This document shows positions 1-6,843 of a stretch of 9,756 nt of DNA, in pieces (within the stretch, counting starts at the first letter, position 1; each line of letters opens with the position of its first letter). Under the pieces are notes generated by a model. It did no database searches. It was not told where the DNA came from and worked only from the letters and a program-made list of their open reading frames with translations. The stretch comes from a virus (taxonomy: Duplodnaviria > Heunggongvirae > Uroviricota > Caudoviricetes): the IMG/VR virus record IMGVR_UViG_3300029878_000054, positions 1 through 9,756 of that record; one strand, given 5' to 3'. Position numbers and translations under genes: made by a program.

Positions 1-160
1 ATAGTGCGTTCACCGAATACGTGCGCAACAACCGTCTTCCGGAGACTGTCATACGCGTAAAACAGCCAGCGCTGGCGCGATTTAGCCCCGACATAGCCCC
101 ACTGTTCGTCCATTTCCGCGCAGACGATGACGTCACTGCCCGGCTGTATGCGCGAGGTTA
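1..160 (-). mobile_element. insB: IS1 internal fragment (partial insB, running off the left edge; IS1 left end and insA absent)
   Basis: Minus-strand translation of 1-132 reads [48 protein letters not shown], which I recognise as the N-proximal part of IS1 InsB. The IS1-like DNA stops near 160, where Ala-rich repeat DNA begins, so the element is broken internally rather than at an inverted repeat. Confidence 0.8.
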
Positions 161-393
161 GCGTTTGTTTCGCTGCTCTTTGCTGCTGCCTCGCTATTTT
201 TCGCGTTGGTTTCTGATTTTTTGGCTGCTGTCGCGGAGTTTGCCGATGCAGTTTGTGAGTCTGCTGCCGCCTGTGCGCTGTTATCCGCATTCGTCTCAGA
301 CGTTTTTGCGGCCTTCGCGGAATTTCCTGCCGCCGTTGCCGAGGAAGCTGCACTAACCCTGCGTCTGTCAGCACAGTAAAACCCGGTGTGCAT
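133..393 (-). pseudogene. Chimeric remnant ORF: side-tail-fibre-like Ala/Ser/Thr/Asn-rich repeat fragment whose last codons and stop are supplied out of frame by IS1 DNA
   Basis: 86-aa ORF with SETNA-type repeats ([20 protein letters not shown] ... [21 protein letters not shown]) resembling the shaft repeats of lambdoid Stf-family tail fibres. The N-terminus ([13 protein letters not shown]) is implausible and the frame closes 4 codons upstream. The C-terminal NLAHTAGQ-stop lies inside the IS1 fragment. Confidence 0.4.
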
Positions 394-668
394 CGTTTTT
401 GATTATTCCCGCACACTCACGCAGAAGGAATTCCCCGTCGGGCTACGGTCATGGTTAATGCGGGAATACGGCGACGATACAGCGCAGCTAAAAGGGTAAT
501 AGACGGATAGACCGGTTTATTTCATTCCACAGGATTCTGAGTGTCCCCAACTTCCTCCAATAGTCTGAGCGTACACCTATATAGTTTTAATTTTCATCAA
601 TCCATTTAACTATCGTTTAATTGTTGTCACATAGGATTCTGCCGTTTTTAACAATGCAGGATAATAAG

Positions 669-962
669 ATGAAAAAAATGTTGTTTTCTGCCGCTCTGGC
701 AATGCTTATTACAGGATGTGCTCAACAGACGTTTACTGTTGGAAACAAACCGACAGCAGTAACACCAAAGGAAACCATCACCCATCACTTCTTCGTTTCG
801 GGAATTGGACAGGAGAAAACTGTCGATGCAGCCAAAATTTGTGGCGGCGCAGAAAATGTTGTTAAAACAGAAACCCAGCAAACATTCGTAAATGGATTGC
901 TCGGTTTTATTACTTTAGGCATTTATACTCCGCTGGAAGCGCGTGTGTATTGCTCACAATAA
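669..962 (+). CDS. borD: Bor-family outer-membrane lipoprotein (lambda Bor / serum-resistance lipoprotein homolog), 97 aa
   Basis: MKKMLFSAALAMLITGC... has a signal peptide with lipobox ITGC and matches lambda Bor almost along its length. AGGA lies 7 nt upstream of the ATG at 669. The ORF-track start at 621 is a TTG extension and is not used. Confidence 0.9.
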   Translation: MKKMLFSAALAMLITGCAQQTFTVGNKPTAVTPKETITHHFFVSGIGQEKTVDAAKICGGAENVVKTETQQTFVNGLLGFITLGIYTPLEARVYCSQ

Positions 963-972
963 TTGCATGAGT

Positions 973-990
973 TGCCCATCGATATGGGCA
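973..990. terminator. Hairpin between convergent bor and Rz (stem TGCCCAT / ATGGGCA, 4-nt loop); possible weak bidirectional terminator
   Basis: 7-bp perfect inverted repeat seen directly in the 31-bp gap between the bor stop (962) and the Rz/Rz1 stop (994). No U-tract on either side, hence low confidence. Confidence 0.3.
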
Positions 991-993
991 GCT

Positions 994-1455
994 CTATCTG
1001 CACTGCTCATTAATATACTTCTGGGTTCCTTCCAGTTGTTTTTGCATAGTGATCAGCCTCTCTCTGAGGGTGAAATAATCCCGTTCAGCGGTGTCTGCCA
1101 GTCGGGGGGAGGCTGCATTATCCACGCCGGAGGCGGTGGTGGCTTCACGCACTGACTGACAGACTGCTTTGATGTGCAACCGACGACGACCAGCGGCAAC
1201 ATCATCACGCAGAGCATCATTTTCAGCTTTCGCATCAGCTAACTCCTTCGTGTATTTTGCATCGAGCGCAGCAACATCACGCTGACGCATCTGCATGTCA
1301 GTAATTGCCGCGTTCGCCAGCTTCAGTTCTCTGGCATTTTTGTCGCGCTGGGCTTTGTAGGTAATGGCGTTATCACGGTAATGATTAACAGCCCATGACA
1401 GGCCGACGATGATGCAGATAACCAGAGCGGAGATAATCGCGGTTACTCTGTTCAT
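994..1455 (-). CDS. rzpD: Rz-type i-spanin (inner-membrane spanin subunit), 153 aa
   Basis: N-terminal TM helix ([18 protein letters not shown]) followed by a charged coiled-coil-like region; near-identical to DLP12 RzpD as I recall it. The ATG at 1455 overlaps the endolysin stop (ATGA arrangement). The ORF-track start at 1467 is GTG. Confidence 0.85.
   Translation of the reverse strand: MNRVTAIISALVICIIVGLSWAVNHYRDNAITYKAQRDKNARELKLANAAITDMQMRQRDVAALDAKYTKELADAKAENDALRDDVAAGRRRLHIKAVCQSVREATTASGVDNAASPRLADTAERDYFTLRERLITMQKQLEGTQKYINEQCR
1053..1235 (-). CDS. rzoD: Rz1-type o-spanin (outer-membrane lipoprotein), 60 aa, embedded in the +1 frame of Rz
   Basis: [20 protein letters not shown]... 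has a signal peptide with lipobox VVGC and a proline-rich mature part ([15 protein letters not shown]); it lies wholly inside Rz in another frame, the classic Rz/Rz1 arrangement. Confidence 0.8.
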   Translation of the reverse strand: MRKLKMMLCVMMLPLVVVGCTSKQSVSQCVKPPPPPAWIMQPPPDWQTPLNGIISPSERG

Positions 1456-1949
1456 TGCTGACCCCACAAACAGATTTCACGCTCAATCTCACGACGAGTC
1501 ATGAGACCTTTCCATTGCTTACCGCCAGCATATGTCCAGCGACGTAGCTGATCACATGCGCCTTTGATATCGCCCTGGTTTATTTTGCGAAGAAGCGTCG
1601 ATGTTCTGAAATTGCCAGCACCCACGTTGTAAACGAATGAGTAAAGAGCGCCGCGCATTGTTTCCGGTATATCGACTTTGATGTACGGGTTAATTTGTCT
1701 GGCGACCGTGGCAAGGTCTTTATTCAGGAGGGCTTTGCATTCTGCTTTGGTATACGTTTTACCGAGCATGATGTCTTTTCCTGTATGCCCGTGACATACA
1801 GTCCATACACCAACAATATCTTTGTATGGTATGTAGCTGACACCTTCCAGACCATCGTTACCACTTGGGCCAGTAATTAACACTGATGCTATAGCAATTG
1901 CTCCGCCACCAATAGCAGCAGCAACGGCTTTTCGTAATGATGGAGGCAT
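1452..1949 (-). CDS. rrrD: SAR endolysin (phage lysozyme, T4-lysozyme-like, phage 21 R type), 165 aa
   Basis: N-terminal signal-arrest-release segment ([20 protein letters not shown]) followed by a lysozyme core ([23 protein letters not shown]); the start ATG shares one nucleotide with the holin stop. Confidence 0.9.
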   Translation of the reverse strand: MPPSLRKAVAAAIGGGAIAIASVLITGPSGNDGLEGVSYIPYKDIVGVWTVCHGHTGKDIMLGKTYTKAECKALLNKDLATVARQINPYIKVDIPETMRGALYSFVYNVGAGNFRTSTLLRKINQGDIKGACDQLRRWTYAGGKQWKGLMTRREIEREICLWGQQ

Positions 1950-2164
1950 TATTCACCTCTCGCAGCCTTGCGCTTATCTTCTTTAATCTTGAAATAAAGG
2001 TTTGTCAGGTACGTCAGCAGGCCAAATACCAGGCTACCCAGCACACCTATTGCTGCCCACTGTGAGGGCGTGACTTTATCGAGCAGCTGTAAAAACCAGT
2101 AACCGGCACTACCTGCTGAGGTGCCATAGGCGACACCCGTTGTTAACTTATCCATGGATTTCAT
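1949..2164 (-). CDS. essD: Pinholin (phage 21 S-type class II holin) with dual start motif MKSMDK (antiholin/holin), 71 aa
   Basis: [71 protein letters not shown] has two TM segments and a charged C-tail. GAGGTGG lies 7-13 nt upstream of the ATG at 2164. The ORF-track start at 2209 is rejected. Confidence 0.85.
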
Positions 2165-2753
2165 AACCCCACCTCGCAGACAAAGCGGGTGTAAATTGAG
2201 GGAATACAACGTATCGCAAAAAAGCAGAAACGTAACAGACTCGGAGTCAGTGAATAACTCAGGTATTGAGTTATCAGCTAATATCGAGACTCAAAAAATG
2301 GAAAAACCAGCTCGACGGCGGGTTTAAGCTGTGTGACGAAGTAACCACTCTTAACAGCATAACCAATTTTTTACGTACGTAAACCACTGAATGATATTTA
2401 TGAGAATGCTACTGAGTGTTCAAAACACCACCACAAATACATAAGAAAACCTCAACAAATAACCAACAAATAATTTCCAGTGTTATTTTTAGCCGATTTA
2501 AATTGAACCTTCAAATTATAGAGCGCTTATAAATAACAGCCGTTAATATAAATTGGCTAATAGATTTATTTTTATTCAGCCAAGAGCTATGAATAGGATT
2601 CGATAGAAAAAAGTTCAGATAAAAATAGAGATCTACTTCACAAATCAAACGAGAAACCAAAACTTACATCTTGAAATAATCACATTGATTAGATGAATAT
2701 TTATCGCGCAGTGACATCATTTTTTAATAATAGTTCAAAAAAAAGGGCTCACG

Positions 2754-3851
2754 ATGAAAAAATTAACAGTGGCAATTTCTGCTGTAGCTGCATCAGTACT
2801 GATGGCGATGTCTGCTCAGGCAGCTGAAATTTATAATAAAGACAGTAACAAGCTGGATCTGTACGGGAAAGTTAATGCCAAGCACTACTTCTCCTCTAAT
2901 GATGCAGATGATGGTGATACTACTTATGCCCGTCTTGGCTTCAAAGGTGAAACCCAAATCAACGATCAACTGACTGGTTTCGGTCAGTGGGAATATGAAT
3001 TCAAAGGCAACCGCGCTGAATCTCAAGGTTCCTCCAAAGACAAAACCCGTCTTGCATTTGCAGGCCTGAAATTCGGTGACTACGGCTCAATCGATTACGG
3101 CCGTAACTACGGTGTAGCATACGACATCGGTGCGTGGACTGACGTTCTGCCAGAATTCGGTGGCGATACCTGGACCCAAACAGATGTGTTCATGACTGGT
3201 CGCACCACTGGTGTTGCAACCTATCGTAACAACGACTTCTTTGGTCTGGTTGATGGTCTGAACTTTGCTGCTCAGTACCAAGGCAAAAACGATCGTAGCG
3301 ATTTCGATAACTACACTGAAGGTAACGGTGATGGCTTCGGTTTCTCTGCTACCTATGAATACGAAGGATTCGGTATCGGTGCAACTTATGCGAAATCTGA
3401 TCGTACCGACACTCAAGTTAATGCAGGGAAAGTTCTTCCTGAAGTATTTGCTTCCGGTAAAAATGCAGAAGTTTGGGCCGCAGGTCTGAAATATGACGCT
3501 AACAACATTTACCTGGCCACTACCTATTCTGAAACCCAGAATATGACTGTATTTGCTGATCACTTCGTTGCTAATAAAGCCCAAAACTTCGAAGCTGTTG
3601 CACAATATCAGTTCGATTTCGGTCTGCGTCCGTCCGTTGCTTACCTGCAATCTAAAGGTAAAGATCTTGGAGTATGGGGCGATCAGGACTTAGTCAAATA
3701 TGTTGATGTAGGTGCAACCTATTACTTCAACAAAAATATGTCTACTTTCGTTGATTACAAAATCAACCTGCTTGACAAAAATGACTTCACTAAAGCACTC
3801 GGTGTAAGCACTGATGACATCGTTGCTGTAGGTCTGGTTTACCAGTTCTAA
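2754..3851 (+). CDS. nmpC: General-diffusion outer-membrane porin, NmpC/OmpD type (OmpC/OmpF/PhoE family), 365 aa, apparently intact
   Basis: Signal peptide ending AQA, then AEIYNKD; porin-family sequence throughout; C-terminal ...VGLVYQF with terminal Phe. High-expression-style codon usage. It sits between Q and the lysis cassette on the opposite strand, as nmpC does in DLP12. Confidence 0.93.
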   Translation: MKKLTVAISAVAASVLMAMSAQAAEIYNKDSNKLDLYGKVNAKHYFSSNDADDGDTTYARLGFKGETQINDQLTGFGQWEYEFKGNRAESQGSSKDKTRLAFAGLKFGDYGSIDYGRNYGVAYDIGAWTDVLPEFGGDTWTQTDVFMTGRTTGVATYRNNDFFGLVDGLNFAAQYQGKNDRSDFDNYTEGNGDGFGFSATYEYEGFGIGATYAKSDRTDTQVNAGKVLPEVFASGKNAEVWAAGLKYDANNIYLATTYSETQNMTVFADHFVANKAQNFEAVAQYQFDFGLRPSVAYLQSKGKDLGVWGDQDLVKYVDVGATYYFNKNMSTFVDYKINLLDKNDFTKALGVSTDDIVAVGLVYQF

Positions 3852-3860
3852 TCTGATTAC

Positions 3861-3901
3861 GAAAAAGATATGTTGCGGGAGGCGTTGCCTCCCCAACATA
3901 T
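3861..3901 (-). terminator. Rho-independent terminator for minus-strand (late, Q-side) transcription; candidate tR'-like terminator
   Basis: On the minus strand this is ATATGTTGGGGAGGCAACGCCTCCCGCAACATAT followed by CTTTTTC: a ~15-bp stem with one bulge and a 3-nt loop, then a U-tract. It is read directly from the sequence. Confidence 0.5.
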
Positions 3902-3988
3902 AAGTGGCTCCCTCAAGCCACTTCCTTTAGAAGCACAACCTTGCTTCTAACTATATAAACCTTCTGTTATATATTACCCTTTATTTTT

Positions 3989-4016
3989 GGGGGCGTCTCA
4001 ACGCCCCATTTTTAAT
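3989..4016 (+). terminator. Rho-independent terminator for plus-strand transcription (likely the distal terminator of the porin gene)
   Basis: GGGGGCGT-ctca-ACGCCCC followed by ATTTTTAAT on the plus strand; hairpins at 3902-3928 (AAGTGGCT/AGCCACTT then CCTTT) and 3927-3950 (TTAGAAGCA/TGCTTCTAA) lie just upstream. Confidence 0.5.
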
Positions 4017-4040
4017 AATTTTTAGTAAACAATTGGCATA

Positions 4041-4424
4041 TTAATTAGAGTTATTAACAACGATATCCATCTCTAACCGGATATCTAATGCCATTAACAT
4101 CCCTTCAATTATGCCCTCAGCCTTCTGTAACCTTTTCCCGATATAACCATCAGAGCAGCAATGCTTACCTGCCAGTGACATGAATGTCATACCGACTACA
4201 TAATAATCTACTAATAAATCGTGCAAATCGCTGTTGTTCTTTTTCAGACGGGCCATGCACCCGCAAATGATCATCGCGTCATCGTCACAACATTGCGGGC
4301 GAGATTTTACTTTTGAAGGAATTAATCCCTTAAAACCGGCGGCAATGGACGACCAGGTCACATCTTCATGATTATTAGCCGCCCACGCTCCCCAACGCTC
4401 AAGAACCATCTGAATATCACGCAT
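4041..4424 (-). CDS. quuD: Late-gene antiterminator Q (DLP12 QuuD type), 127 aa
   Basis: [24 protein letters not shown]...[18 protein letters not shown]...HCCSDGY matches QuuD as I remember it, including the Cys-rich zinc-binding region. Start chosen at MRDIQ (4424) rather than the ORF-track start at 4439. Confidence 0.85.
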   Translation of the reverse strand: MRDIQMVLERWGAWAANNHEDVTWSSIAAGFKGLIPSKVKSRPQCCDDDAMIICGCMARLKKNNSDLHDLLVDYYVVGMTFMSLAGKHCCSDGYIGKRLQKAEGIIEGMLMALDIRLEMDIVVNNSN

Positions 4425-4509
4425 CAACTTACTCCACAAAAATCAGACCAGAACGCCAATCACAAGCAAAAATCAACAAAACAGTATTAGTTGATTGTTA
4501 TCTCTGACT

Positions 4510-4632
4510 TCATACTCCTGCTCCTGTCAGGGTTTTGGCGTAATTCTTCAGTATTCGGTAATCGGTCAAAACAGAACCGGGGAAACGATATAAGCGCAGA
4601 TGCCCCCAGCGGTGGCGAAGAAGTTCTGCCAT
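4510..4632 (-). CDS. Small ORF (40 aa) between rusA and Q, at the position of ylcG in DLP12
   Basis: Hand translation of the minus strand gives MAELLRHRWGHLRLYRFPGSVLTDYRILKNYAKTLTGAGV-stop, starting 14 nt after the rusA stop. It is below the ORF-track size cut-off. No strong SD; identity to YlcG not verified. Confidence 0.4.
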   Translation of the reverse strand: MAELLRHRWGHLRLYRFPGSVLTDYRILKNYAKTLTGAGV

Positions 4633-4646
4633 ATAAAACTCAAACA

Positions 4647-5009
4647 TCATTCATTCCCCATTTCGGTGATGGTCAGTTCCAGCCTCCCACCTTTGGTAAC
4701 GGGCATCTTCACAACGCGGTAATCAACGACCTGAGCATCATCCAGCCAGAAACCTGCTTTAGTGAGTGCGTCAAAAGCGGCTTTTTGCAGATTATCCAGG
4801 TCACGGCGACGGCGATCCGGCATGTGGCACTCAATGCGGATTTTCACAGGCATAGCCAGGCCGATATCCAGCATTGCGTTTTTAATGATTCGGGCGACGT
4901 TATCGCGGTATGCCTGCCCCTCTGCGCTGATGTGCGTGCGCCCGCGATTATGGCGGTAATAGCGATTATTGCTCGGAGGCCAGGGTAATGTGATGCTGTA
5001 GGTATTCAC
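4647..5009 (-). CDS. rusA: Crossover-junction endodeoxyribonuclease RusA (Holliday-junction resolvase), 120 aa
   Basis: [26 protein letters not shown]...[51 protein letters not shown] is essentially the K-12 RusA sequence as I recall it; the start overlaps the ybcO stop (ATGA). Confidence 0.95.
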   Translation of the reverse strand: MNTYSITLPWPPSNNRYYRHNRGRTHISAEGQAYRDNVARIIKNAMLDIGLAMPVKIRIECHMPDRRRRDLDNLQKAAFDALTKAGFWLDDAQVVDYRVVKMPVTKGGRLELTITEMGNE

Positions 5010-5296
5010 GCCTTAATAACCCCCTCTTTCAGCCAGATAACCTGTGTTCTCGCCATACCTTCCAGCGCACATTCTTTTGCATATGCAGCATCGACAAAAT
5101 GTGTGCGGCGGTCGATTTCGTCGTGGCAGGCAGAACATGCAATGGTGGCAATCAGGTCTGGCGGTTTGATACCGGTACCGCACAATCCAGCCAGCCGGAT
5201 ATGTGCCAGTACAGACGTTTCAGGGTTGCCATTACATACGCCAGGGATTCTTACCTGGCATTCCCGACCACGCGCTGCTTTTCTCAAATCAGCCAT
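5006..5296 (-). CDS. ybcO: YbcO-family protein (DUF1364, Cys-rich putative nuclease of lambdoid nin regions), 96 aa
   Basis: [62 protein letters not shown]... with a strong SD (AGGAGG) before the ATG at 5296; the ORF-track extension to 5335 uses a TTG and is rejected. Confidence 0.85.
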   Translation of the reverse strand: MADLRKAARGRECQVRIPGVCNGNPETSVLAHIRLAGLCGTGIKPPDLIATIACSACHDEIDRRTHFVDAAYAKECALEGMARTQVIWLKEGVIKA

Positions 5297-5459
5297 GACT
5301 CCTCCTTGCTGCCAGTCGCAACCATTTTTTATCAACCAAGCTGGCGGTATATCCGAGCAGTGTTGGTATTTCGGAAGGCTTCAGCTCAGGTTTACGCTTA
5401 CGACGATTTGGTACTCTGTAAATGTGCCCGTTCATGACACGAATAAGCGGTGTAGCCAT
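5289..5459 (-). CDS. ninE: NinE-family small protein, 56 aa
   Basis: Hand translation gives [56 protein letters not shown]-stop, with the basic KRKP...WLR pattern of lambda NinE. The start shares one nucleotide with the ybcN stop and the end overlaps the ybcO start by 8 nt. Not in the ORF track because of its size. Confidence 0.6.
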   Translation of the reverse strand: MATPLIRVMNGHIYRVPNRRKRKPELKPSEIPTLLGYTASLVDKKWLRLAARRSHG

Positions 5460-5914
5460 TACGCCTCCTGCTTGTCGCGCAGCAGCTGGAACTCGCAGCT
5501 CTGCGGAATAGTCAGGTGGCAGCCAATATTCATCGCCCAGGCTTCAACCTTACACAGGAAGACATACATCTCTCCGGTATCAAGATCGGAGGTATGGCGT
5601 AACGACTGGATAGTAGTGATTTCGCCGGTTACGACATCAACCAAGTCCTTGGTTTCATAACCGAGGTATGTGTGTTTGAGTGCATCTTTTACCCATACTG
5701 CAGTAGCGAACGTTTTCCCCCTGCTGATGAGGTACTCGCTGATTTCGCTGTACCACATGTGGCTGAGTGCATTCTGGGAAAGACTGCGTCTCTCGCGCCA
5801 CGGTTTAAGCACCATGCGAAAGCATTTTCCGTCCTCCAGATAAGGCTGGATCTGCTGACCGATAGTGGTGAAGTTACCGCGATGTAATTTGATGCCGTCT
5901 TGTGGGAGGTTCAC
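5459..5914 (-). CDS. ybcN: NinB/Orf-family recombination protein (DLP12 YbcN-like), 151 aa, GTG start
   Basis: Contains the [12 protein letters not shown] motif characteristic of NinB-family proteins; GGAGGTG sits 4-10 nt upstream of the GTG at 5914-5912. Confidence 0.85.
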   Translation of the reverse strand: MNLPQDGIKLHRGNFTTIGQQIQPYLEDGKCFRMVLKPWRERRSLSQNALSHMWYSEISEYLISRGKTFATAVWVKDALKHTYLGYETKDLVDVVTGEITTIQSLRHTSDLDTGEMYVFLCKVEAWAMNIGCHLTIPQSCEFQLLRDKQEA

Positions 5915-6012
5915 GCTTCACCTCCGCAGAGGTCAAACGTTGGATGCAAAGAATCGCAGGTGCATTTCTGCATCTGTGAAGGGAGAAGAGAGTTTAGATT
6001 GTATGTGCGCAT
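5911..6012 (-). CDS. Small ORF (33 aa) upstream of and overlapping the ybcN start, at the position of ylcH in DLP12
   Basis: Minus-strand hand translation gives [33 protein letters not shown]-stop; its TGA overlaps the ybcN GTG (GTGA). Length equals K-12 ylcH (33 aa) as I recall, but the sequence identity is not verified. Confidence 0.35.
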   Translation of the reverse strand: MRTYNLNSLLPSQMQKCTCDSLHPTFDLCGGEA

Positions 6013-6301
6013 AAACGTCCCCGTTTAGCGCAGAAGTCACCGGAGGTGTTCAGGCTCCGATGCGATAATTATGACGATCTGATTTTGGAAAATCAAATTT
6101 AAGTAACCGCCAACCTATAATTTTCAATCAAGATTTCATTTATTAGCTCACTCATATAAAAATACATTACAACGTTTTTATCTCTTAATTTATGAAGGCA
6201 ACCTCGAAAAACAAATCACCCAAACACTTTAAAACAATTAAACCCGTTTAAAATTACAATTACATTTAGAAAGCAAACTTTCAAAAGATGTGATGATACA
6301 A

Positions 6302-6330
6302 TTGCATAAAACAAATACTTGGGGTAAAAT
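6302..6330 (+). promoter_or_regulatory. Candidate sigma70 promoter for the AT-rich cargo operon (TTGCAT-N17-TAAAAT)
   Basis: -35-like TTGCAT at 6302-6307 and -10-like TAAAAT at 6325-6330 with 17-nt spacing, about 100 nt upstream of the first ATG of the island. AT-rich DNA generates such matches easily, hence low confidence. Confidence 0.3.
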
Positions 6331-6436
6331 ATAAAAATAACACTCCCAGCTTAACGCTAGGTGGCGGTAGCGTGTATTTTTCAAATACGCCTATCACCCC
6401 ATTATGTTTTTTCATATTTAAGAGATTGGTTATATA

Positions 6437-6811
6437 ATGGAACTAATATACACTTATATCCACAATTATAAAGGTTTAAATAAGCTGTCCCTCCCCACCT
6501 CAAGTAAATTTACCTTTAGCCATAAAGGTAACGTCCTTACAATTGCTAAGAAAGATTTAAGTCGTGACTATTATAGCAATATTCCCTGTACATTAATTTT
6601 AGGGAAAAATGGTGTTGGAAAGTCATCAATTTTAGATTTCATTAGTAGCTTTATTTACGATTTTGAAGGTAGCGGTTATAGCATCTGGAATGAAAATGAT
6701 AAACTTATAATTATCACAAGCAATTGCAAACCTCCTGTAATATTATCCAAAATGCAAACGGAACTGATTGATAATAATGAACATTTTTTAGAAGAAACAA
6801 AATCAATCTAA
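6437..6811 (+). CDS. N-terminal portion of an ABC/AAA15-type ATPase (Walker A only); probably the 5' half of a gene split by a frameshift
   Basis: P-loop LILGKNGVGKSSILD at residues ~53-67; no Walker B, signature or H-loop motif in this ORF. The frame ends at 6811, 31 nt after the downstream frame opens. Confidence 0.7.
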   Translation: MELIYTYIHNYKGLNKLSLPTSSKFTFSHKGNVLTIAKKDLSRDYYSNIPCTLILGKNGVGKSSILDFISSFIYDFEGSGYSIWNENDKLIIITSNCKPPVILSKMQTELIDNNEHFLEETKSI

Positions 6812-6843
6812 TAAAGATAAATAACACAATCGACCTCAAAAGT

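Noticed and set aside
165-356. 63-aa plus-strand ORF
   Set aside because: Lies antisense to the Ala-rich repeat DNA; its composition (Leu/Pro/Ser/Arg-rich) is the typical mirror image of GCN-rich coding on the other strand; no RBS.
531-641. 9-bp direct repeat AGGATTCTG (531-539 and 633-641) upstream of bor
   Set aside because: A single 9-mer repeat within ~275 bp has a chance probability of roughly 0.1-0.2; no further structure supports a regulatory role.
621-668. N-terminal extension of bor starting at TTG 621 (ORF-track start)
   Set aside because: The ATG at 669 has an AGGA SD and yields the canonical 97-aa lipoprotein with its signal peptide at the extreme N-terminus.
648-1155. ORFs 648-881 (-) and 943-1155 (+)
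   Set aside because: Antisense shadows of bor and of Rz/Rz1 respectively; no motifs or start context.
1695-1880. 61-aa plus-strand ORF inside the endolysin gene
   Set aside because: Antisense to a well-supported lysozyme gene.
2165-2209. Longer holin start at 2209 (MYSLNLHPL...)
   Set aside because: The SD (GAGGTGG) precedes the ATG at 2164; the MKSMDK dual-start motif defines the real N-terminus.
2793-3899. ORFs 2793-3026 (-), 3087-3650 (-), 3265-3489 (+) and 3690-3899 (-) overlapping the porin gene
   Set aside because: All lie within or antisense to the strongly supported porin CDS and show no recognisable features.
4425-4439. Five-codon N-terminal extension of Q (MWSKL)
   Set aside because: Start chosen at MRDIQ to match the 127-aa length I recall for QuuD; the extension cannot be excluded without alignment.
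4491-5887. Plus-strand ORFs 4491-4988, 4762-4959, 5099-5437, 5103-5660 and 5672-5887
   Set aside because: Antisense to the coupled rusA-ybcO-ninE-ybcN chain, whose products are recognisable; treated as shadow ORFs.
5942-5972. Imperfect palindrome GATGCAAAGAA...TTTCTGCATC upstream of ybcN, considered as an operator
   Set aside because: It falls inside the ylcH-like coding frame and the arms match only about 8 of 10; not reported as a regulatory site.
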